A DNA stretch of 64,000 nucleotides from Gammaproteobacteria bacterium (GTDB lineage Bacteria > Pseudomonadota > Gammaproteobacteria > JAJDYQ01). This document shows, in pieces, positions 46,769 through 53,127 of this stretch. The notes below the pieces were generated by a model. The model did not search any database, was not told the origin of the DNA, and saw nothing but the letters and a program-made list of their open reading frames with translations. The stretch is from positions 3,007-67,006 of the forward strand of contig JAJDYQ010000036.1 in assembly GCA_022825085.1 (NCBI GenBank), in the 5' to 3' direction. A program made the position numbers and the translations under genes. Every line of letters starts with the position of its first letter. Position 1 is the first letter of the stretch.

Positions 46769-48730
46769 GTTTTGATTGCGATAGCGATAAAGATACCAAG
46801 CGCCAATGCTTTTATATGGTTCCCAGCGTTTTGATATTTTTATAATTGAATTAATATCATCTTGCGGAACTTTGTAAACACTGCTTATTATCTTCTTTAG
46901 TGCCAAGTCATGTTGAGGGAACACATTAAGCCTAGCGAGCCCAAAAAGCAGGTACATATCTACCGTCCAATCTCCGATGCCTTTTATTTTTTTCAACTCA
47001 TAGCGAACTACATCATCACTTTCAGTTTGTAAATCTCTAAGTATCAGGCTTTTATCATTTATCTTGGTGCTGAGGTCATAAATATACTCATACTTTCTAT
47101 CTGATATGCCAGATGATTTAACATTTTCTCTGATTATTTTAAGGAAATTACATGCTGAGATGCTTTTGCCGCTGAATAATCCCTTAAATTTCTTGATTAT
47201 TGAGTCGGCGGCTAATTTTGATAACTGCTGACTAATGATCGCATCAACAAGAAATTCAAACCCGGTATGATTGCCAATCAAGTTGCATGGCCCTACCTCA
47301 TTTATTATTTTAGCTAATTTTTTATCTTCTTTGTGCAAGTAAAAGATAATATCTGCATAACTGCTTTCTTCTACGCCATTCGATGTGTTACTCAATCGAG
47401 AGCTCGAAGCATTGTTTCTGAGAAACCATTCTTGAGAAAATCTTCTTAGCTCATCTGGAGAGCATTGTGGGAGAAAAAAGGAAAAATCGTAAATAGTACT
47501 ATGATTCGGATTTGGGTAACTTGGGGAATGTTCATTATCCATATCTAGTGAACCAAAAAGAGTTTGCTGCTTGCTATTAATCCTTTTGCCAAGAACCTTT
47601 TTGGGGGTGACAAAATCTCCCATAGGTTCCAGTCCTTTCTCAAAGCGATTAAGAGTCGTCTTAATCGCCTCAATACTGTTGTCAACTCCAATCCAGTTCC
47701 TCTGCATTTTATCTGCCACTGCAAGGGTAGTGCCTGACCCTGCAAAGCAATCAAAAATTAAATCTCCAGGATTAGATGATGCTGATACTATTCGTTTCAA
47801 TAAGTCTGGATTCTTCTCGGTAGGATACCCGGTTATTTTCACGTTTTGATTGTGCGCATCACGAAAGTCTAGCCAGATATCCTGTACTCCAACGCCAGAG
47901 TGTTCATCCAAGTATATTTTTCTTCGAGGATTTCCGTTTTTTGACCAGTAAATTTCGCCTCTGACATCCATTTCATCTAATAACTTAGGCGTATACTGCC
48001 AATGTTTGCCAGGCGGTGGCATTTTTCCTCGCCAAGGCTTACCCGTTTCACCATTTCGTGTACCGGGTGCATGAACTGGAACCTTCATAAACCTGCGACC
48101 TGTATTTTCTTCGACATATTGATATTCTTTCTGGCTTTCTTCTGATAAGGGTACAGTCTGTTTGTTCCATATGTAATTTCTGGTTTTCGTATAGAATAGG
48201 ATGAAGTCTGCAATATTCCCATATGCTTTACGAGTGTAATTTTTCGGATTGCATTTTTTACGGATAATTAAATTTCTATAGTTTTCTGATCCAAATATCT
48301 CATCCATTATAATTTTCATTTCGAAAATCATTTTTTCATCTAAGTGCAAATATATAGAACCATTATTAGATAGGAGTTTATGCAGTAGAATAAGACGTGC
48401 CCGCAAGAATTCTACGAAAGCCGCGCCAGACAATGTGTCATCATATGCTTGCGATTGTTTTCGAGAAAGAAAACGACTTTGGGTTGCAAATGGTGGATCA
48501 ATATAGATAAGACTAATTTTTCCACAAACTGCCTTATCATCCAAAAGCGTCCTTAACACATCAAGATTATCTCCAAAATACAGCCTTTTCCCGGTTGTGC
48601 TTGAATTGAACGCATCAAAACAGGGGGGTTGTATTTTTAGCAATTCTTCTTCGCTTATCTTATCTTTGTAGGCAAGATGTACCTTGCCATTTAATTTTGC
48701 GTTATCTTTCTTTGGAATTCCTGTTGCCAT
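46763..48730 (-). CDS. DNA methyltransferase (beta class, N6A/N4C type) fused to a C-terminal AlkA-like HhH-GPD DNA glycosylase domain
   Basis: 655 aa. Motif IV SLIYIDPPF lies near the N-terminus and motif I DLIFDCFAGSGTT at about residue 325. The last ~190 aa read LKKIKGIGDWTVDMYLLFGLARLNVFPQHDLALKK (HhH + Gly-rich loop + Asp), as in AlkA/3-methyladenine glycosylase II. Confidence 0.8.
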   Translation of the reverse strand: MATGIPKKDNAKLNGKVHLAYKDKISEEELLKIQPPCFDAFNSSTTGKRLYFGDNLDVLRTLLDDKAVCGKISLIYIDPPFATQSRFLSRKQSQAYDDTLSGAAFVEFLRARLILLHKLLSNNGSIYLHLDEKMIFEMKIIMDEIFGSENYRNLIIRKKCNPKNYTRKAYGNIADFILFYTKTRNYIWNKQTVPLSEESQKEYQYVEENTGRRFMKVPVHAPGTRNGETGKPWRGKMPPPGKHWQYTPKLLDEMDVRGEIYWSKNGNPRRKIYLDEHSGVGVQDIWLDFRDAHNQNVKITGYPTEKNPDLLKRIVSASSNPGDLIFDCFAGSGTTLAVADKMQRNWIGVDNSIEAIKTTLNRFEKGLEPMGDFVTPKKVLGKRINSKQQTLFGSLDMDNEHSPSYPNPNHSTIYDFSFFLPQCSPDELRRFSQEWFLRNNASSSRLSNTSNGVEESSYADIIFYLHKEDKKLAKIINEVGPCNLIGNHTGFEFLVDAIISQQLSKLAADSIIKKFKGLFSGKSISACNFLKIIRENVKSSGISDRKYEYIYDLSTKINDKSLILRDLQTESDDVVRYELKKIKGIGDWTVDMYLLFGLARLNVFPQHDLALKKIISSVYKVPQDDINSIIKISKRWEPYKSIGAWYLYRYRNQNT

Positions 48731-48743
48731 TTCTCACCTATGC

Positions 48744-49613
48744 CTAAGATTGTAACCAATCTTCCGTGATTCGTTCTGAGAACATTCTCAATGTCACAAC
48801 TTTTACCTTTCCATCCCATGAGTTCTCAATATAGGCATAGTCACGCCACATAGAACCGAGAAGTAAACCTGGGCCGTCATTTAGGAATATGACCTTGAGG
48901 TTCATGCCTTTAGATTCGGCATAACCAAGAATCTCACTGGCACAATCACGATATTGGCCAGTTCGGTCATCTTCTTGTGCACCCCCTCTATCTGAATCGT
49001 AGCGAGTAAGGCCTACTGCGACTGGATTGCCATCATTAATCAATACAAAGTCTACTGGGCGGTCAGGCTTTGGATAATCGCCAAATAATTCGCCTAGAAT
49101 TACATCTTTTCCTGCTCGTTCTGGCCCAATTATATCTAAATGTGAATATTGCTCTCGAACGATATTAAATAGCCGTTCTGTCAGATCGTAACCTTTCTTA
49201 CCCCTATCCTTATACTCCCAGAGTACGGCGCATAATGCCTCATCTGGCATTGGACGAGATTTAAATTTTGACTGCACTTCAGTAATTGGTCGAAATCTGT
49301 AACCAAATTGATCGCATATGCTTTGGGCGGCAGATTTCTTTTTCAACATTTCCACAGGTGTTTCCGGGCTAGCATATTTTCTGAACACTCGATATAGCTG
49401 TATTCGCATCCACTGTGGTTTCGTTTCTGATATTTCCAGAAATAAATTGGTAGAGGAATGAGATGACTCCAATAAATGCCCAAATGTAACCAACACAGGT
49501 TTATATAATTCACATGCTCGTGGTAACACATCAGGGTAATACTCTCCAGTGGATAAAGTAATCCAAATATGTCCATCTTCCTGATAATCGCCAAATGATT
49601 TTTCTCTATTCAA
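48744..49613 (-). CDS. Hypothetical protein in the endonuclease position of the MTase-glycosylase cassette
   Basis: 289 aa with a TTG start, ending 13 nt before the MTase-glycosylase start. I cannot name a motif with confidence (PVDFVLINDGNPVAVGLTRYDSDRGGAQEDD is the most conserved-looking stretch). Confidence 0.4.
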   Translation of the reverse strand: MNREKSFGDYQEDGHIWITLSTGEYYPDVLPRACELYKPVLVTFGHLLESSHSSTNLFLEISETKPQWMRIQLYRVFRKYASPETPVEMLKKKSAAQSICDQFGYRFRPITEVQSKFKSRPMPDEALCAVLWEYKDRGKKGYDLTERLFNIVREQYSHLDIIGPERAGKDVILGELFGDYPKPDRPVDFVLINDGNPVAVGLTRYDSDRGGAQEDDRTGQYRDCASEILGYAESKGMNLKVIFLNDGPGLLLGSMWRDYAYIENSWDGKVKVVTLRMFSERITEDWLQS

Positions 49614-49643
49614 TTCAAGCTCTATCCTCTGGTTTTATATGCC

Positions 49644-49729
49644 TAGCAACCATATTAAGGGGCGACTCACCGCGAAGCGGTGAGACATCCCAGCAGCCAA
49701 AGGTTGTGCCTTGAATTATTTGTTAAATT
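49644..49729 (-). repeat. attC-like imperfect palindrome (junction C)
   Basis: Minus strand: ATTTAAC-AAATA-ATTCAAGG...CCTTAAT-ATG-GTTGCTA. ATTCAAGG pairs with CCTTAAT, leaving one unpaired C. A perfect 8-bp hairpin CTCACCGC/GCGGTGAG lies in the centre (49666-49684). The right spacer is shorter than canonical. Confidence 0.4.
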
Positions 49730-49730
49730 C

Positions 49731-50105
49731 TTAATCAATGGATCTTCCAAGTAGCTTCGAAATTAAACTTACCAAGCTGCATTCTTCCCGGCGAGCGTTA
49801 CTGCCTAAGTGGTAATTTCTTACTGCGAAATACAGGCCAATGAGGCCTGTGGCTATGCCGACCCACTGAAGCCAATGCAGGCGACGAGCAAAGGCTGCTT
49901 CCAGTATTGGGTAGTGCATATTGCTTCCTTGCTCTTGGAGAATTGACCCTATCCAAGATGGCAACACGAAGTAAAAGGTGACAAATGATATGCCTCCGAG
50001 CCAAAGAGCGCCTGACCAGCTTGCCTTTGATCCGATAACGGCTACATCTCGAACTATTGATGAGGCATAGCTTCTTCGTCTGTATCTATGACGGTATCCC
50101 ATCAT
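49731..50105 (-). CDS. Hypothetical small membrane protein (first cassette)
   Basis: 124 aa with a basic N-terminus (YRHRYRRRSY) and two clear TM helices. RBS AAGGAAGG precedes the ATG. Confidence 0.4.
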   Translation of the reverse strand: MMGYRHRYRRRSYASSIVRDVAVIGSKASWSGALWLGGISFVTFYFVLPSWIGSILQEQGSNMHYPILEAAFARRLHWLQWVGIATGLIGLYFAVRNYHLGSNARREECSLVSLISKLLGRSID

Positions 50106-50124
50106 CCTTCCTTGGCTTGCTTGA

Positions 50125-50195
50125 GCTTAACGACCGAGTTCAGCCGGGACGGCACGCGAAATGAGCCGGATGCCGGTTGGAACGATTGGTTCTAT
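50125..50195 (-). repeat. attC-like imperfect palindrome (junction D), best match to the canonical layout
   Basis: Minus strand: ATAGAAC-CAATC-GTTCCAACCGG...CCGGCTGAAC-TCGGTC-GTTAAGC. R' fits GTTRRRY. L''/L' pair with unpaired bases. About 70 nt in total, starting ~59 nt after the dctP stop and ending 20 nt before the next ORF. Confidence 0.5.
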
Positions 50196-50253
50196 GGCAT
50201 CCGGCTGATGCGATGCAAAGGGCCAGCCTTTCAGGTCAGTTCATGCCCGGTGC

Positions 50254-51381
50254 TTAGCTCCGGGCATTCATGTAGGCGCGTTCCGAAATATCATGCCATG
50301 CTTTGGCCTGGTCCCTGAATGACACAAACGATTCATAGACCTTGCGGCTTAACGGGTCTTTGGCGGCGGCTTCGGCTACTACTTCGTCGGAAATTGCCTT
50401 TAATTTTGCCAGTACTTCATTCGGGAATTTGCGCAGGTCAACACGGTGTTCTTCCACCAGGGATTTAAGTGCCTGATTGTTGCGCGCCGTGTATTCAGCC
50501 AGCATGTCCTGATTCGCTACGCGGCTGGCGTTGGTCACTATGCTTTGCAGGTCATCTGGCAGGGCCCTGAAGGCATCTCTGTTGATAAAGCATTCCATCG
50601 TCGAACCTGGTTCATGCCAGCCGGGATAGTAGTAGTGTTTTGCTGCTTTATACAGGCCGAAGGCCAGATCGTTGTATGGGCCGACCCATTCGGTCGCATC
50701 AATGGCACCGGATTGCAGTGATGGAAAAATCTCGCCGCCCGGCAGTGATACCGGTGTGCCGCCGGCACGTTTCAGGACTTCGCCTCCCAGTCCGGGGATG
50801 CGCATTTTCAGGCCCTCAAGGTCGGCAACGCTGTTAATTTCCTTGTTAAACCAGCCACCCATCTGCACTCCGGTGTTACCGGCGGCGGTAGGTACCAGTC
50901 CGAAGGGGGCATAGACCTCTGCCCACAGCTCCATGCCGTTGCCATGGTAAAGCCATGAGTTCATTTCCTGGCCCGTCAAGCCAAAAGGAACGGCAGTAAA
51001 AAACTGCGCGGCTTCCGACTTGCCCTTCCAGTAATAGGCGGCACCATGCCCCATTTCAGCCGTGCCCTGGGAAACGGCGTCAAAAATTTCAAAGGCGGGA
51101 ACCAGTTCTCCGGCACCATAGACCTTGACCGTGAGACGGCCACCGCTCATCTCGCCAATCAGCTTCGCCAGATGATTGGCACCTGTGCCCAAACCCGGGA
51201 AGTTCTTCGGCCAGGTGGTGACCATTTTCCATTCCATGGTTTCCGATCCGGTCGCCGGTGCAGGCTCCGGGGCGGAAGTTGATACTTCCTGTGTGCTTTG
51301 TTCCGCTTTGTCACAGGCTGCGACAGAACCGCCCAGTAATGCGGTTACTGCTGCGTTTTTAATAAAACCACGACGTTCCAT
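50254..51381 (-). CDS. dctP: TRAP transporter substrate-binding protein (DctP/FcbT1 type), Tat signal plus lipobox
   Basis: Start taken at MERRGFIKNAAVTALLGGSVAAC (51381, RBS GGAGGA). The rest is DctP-family (YYWKGKSEAAQFFTAVPFGL...). Confidence 0.85.
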   Translation of the reverse strand: MERRGFIKNAAVTALLGGSVAACDKAEQSTQEVSTSAPEPAPATGSETMEWKMVTTWPKNFPGLGTGANHLAKLIGEMSGGRLTVKVYGAGELVPAFEIFDAVSQGTAEMGHGAAYYWKGKSEAAQFFTAVPFGLTGQEMNSWLYHGNGMELWAEVYAPFGLVPTAAGNTGVQMGGWFNKEINSVADLEGLKMRIPGLGGEVLKRAGGTPVSLPGGEIFPSLQSGAIDATEWVGPYNDLAFGLYKAAKHYYYPGWHEPGSTMECFINRDAFRALPDDLQSIVTNASRVANQDMLAEYTARNNQALKSLVEEHRVDLRKFPNEVLAKLKAISDEVVAEAAAKDPLSRKVYESFVSFRDQAKAWHDISERAYMNARS

Positions 51382-51458
51382 TTCAATCCTCCTTTGGGAT
51401 TTCCAGTTCAGGGATGCTCCGGCCAGTTGGGGAGCTTCTCCTGATAGTAAATGAATTG

Positions 51459-51640
51459 TTATATCGGTTGCAAGTCGGCATAGGTGATCACCAGCCATTT
51501 CGGGCCGGCCTCGGCAAAATGGACTTCAATACGCGCATGTGGCCCGGCACCTTCCATATTGGCCACCATGCGCCAGATTTTCTGTGGTTTATCCGCTGGC
51601 CCAGCCTGCAGCACCGCTGTTGCGTCTGATCGACTAAAAA
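51459..51640 (-). pseudogene. Duplicated fragment of the uvrD 3' end
   Basis: 51460-51562 is almost identical to 53129-53231 (two mismatches seen), and similarity decays over the next ~50-80 nt. It encodes ...NMEGAGPHARIEVHFAEAGPKWLVITYADLQPI, the same C-terminus as the intact UvrD. Confidence 0.7.
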
Positions 51641-51790
51641 GGCCGGCATTCCCGCCAGGAAGGGCACTATGGCTTTGCCTGGAGGGAACATCACTGTCTT
51701 GACTAGCAGAGCCCATGCAGTTATTGAACAACATATTAATCTGAAGTAGTATAAATTGATCGACAGGGCTCGGCTTTCGATGAGCAGGAG

Positions 51791-52768
51791 TTGAAAATGA
51801 CAGACGTAAAAGGTCCATTTATCTTTGTCGCGATAGTGATCGTGGGTTGTCTTGGTGCTGGTGTCGCGCTTGCTACCTTCACCGAACAGGTGACCGCGCT
51901 GGTGGTCTCGGTAGTGCTTGCATGCGCTGTTTCCTCACTTCTCTACGGAATTCTGGGTGGTGTCTCACAGGCTGGCTTTAACTTTGGCCCACTCAGTATG
52001 GGTGGCAGCGCAGCAGTGCTTCTCGGCAGCGTTTTCCTGTTTAATAAGGCGCTGGAGCCGCAACTCAGAGAGATTCGCGATTATGATGTGGAGGTGGCTG
52101 TGGAGCAGGCTGTTGCCGCAGCGCTGCAGGATGCCAGGTTCGATTTCTACCAACACGTGGAACCGAACACGAACTGGTTTGCTGTCAACAGGGCGACGGC
52201 AGTTCCGACCAGGATTGAGTTTAGGGATCCTCAAGGGACTGGCTCTGTGAAAGTCGTGCATCGTCCATACAATCCGATCTTGCGTCTGAAGCTTGAGAAG
52301 CAAGACGAAAATTCCTTTTTGGTTCTCGGAGTCAATGCAGATTCGGGCGATAGCCTGGGTTATATCCAGTCGCAACATCTGAGCAATATCATTGGCTCAT
52401 CCGAGGAGCTTACGCCAAGCAGGATATATGGGCCTCAAAAACTGCATCTCTCGCTCGCAGGAGAACTTGCCGAGGATACGCCGCGGGAGTGGGGGTCAAG
52501 TGATCGCTGCCTGGGCAGAAGCCTGCCCATGCAGCTCCGTGTTGTCAGCTTCCGCCGAGGCTACGCAAACTACCAGGTCTCCGTCTGTGGCACCTCTGAT
52601 GATGACGCCGTCAACCACGAATCGAGCCTTTCCAAAGGTGATGCCGAACTCGTTAGCTTTGAAATCGAGGGCGAGACGCGGCATTTCCTCATTGCGGTGC
52701 TTGCGGCCAACCATACGGGGTCCCCGTTATGGTCTAGCTTCCTGGTCATCGAGATGGTGGAAAGCTGA
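51791..52768 (+). CDS. Hypothetical membrane protein (3 N-terminal TM helices + soluble domain) between the uvrD 3' repeats
   Basis: 325-aa ORF with a TTG start. I recognise no motif. Confidence 0.45.
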   Translation: MKMTDVKGPFIFVAIVIVGCLGAGVALATFTEQVTALVVSVVLACAVSSLLYGILGGVSQAGFNFGPLSMGGSAAVLLGSVFLFNKALEPQLREIRDYDVEVAVEQAVAAALQDARFDFYQHVEPNTNWFAVNRATAVPTRIEFRDPQGTGSVKVVHRPYNPILRLKLEKQDENSFLVLGVNADSGDSLGYIQSQHLSNIIGSSEELTPSRIYGPQKLHLSLAGELAEDTPREWGSSDRCLGRSLPMQLRVVSFRRGYANYQVSVCGTSDDDAVNHESSLSKGDAELVSFEIEGETRHFLIAVLAANHTGSPLWSSFLVIEMVES

Positions 52769-53002
52769 GGGACGCCGGATACCGCAAACTACCAGTCACG
52801 GCGTTACGCCCTCTGACGCAGACCACGAGTTGGCTTCGGCGAAGGTCTCTTCTTTGAGAACCTCAAGCTGTGCATATTCAGAATGCCGAGATCACCACGG
52901 CAATGGGCTTGTATTACGGTTGATGCCAACAGGGCTGTGTTGTGCGTTGAATCAGCGCCCCCGGCCCAAGTAAGCCCTTCTCTATCGGATCGTCGAAAAG
53001 TA

Positions 53003-53095
53003 TTGCCCGGTATTTACGGCTCATCTGGCGGTGCCGTGAAGGTAATTGCCCACATCGAAGCCCCCACGGTGATCAAGCAGATCCTCTTAATCAGG
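53003..53095 (+). mobile_element. Possible degenerate C-terminal fragment of an IS91-family (Y2) transposase
   Basis: Translation LPGIYGSSGGAVKVIAHIEAPTVIKQILL resembles the CPxCGGxMKVIAxIExPxVIxKIL tail I remember from IS91-family transposases. The Cys residues are lost. Confidence 0.3.
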
Positions 53096-53127
53096 ATTTT
53101 TCGCGCCCGCCAATATTGAACGAGTCA

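Larger units (their letters stand above)
43187..50195 (-). mobile_element. Candidate integron-type cassette array without integrase (CALIN): four gene blocks bounded by attC-like sites
   Basis: Visibly AT-rich relative to the flanks. All genes are co-oriented. Every block is followed by an imperfect palindrome or a repeat with a TAAC core (see the repeat features). Confidence 0.45.
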
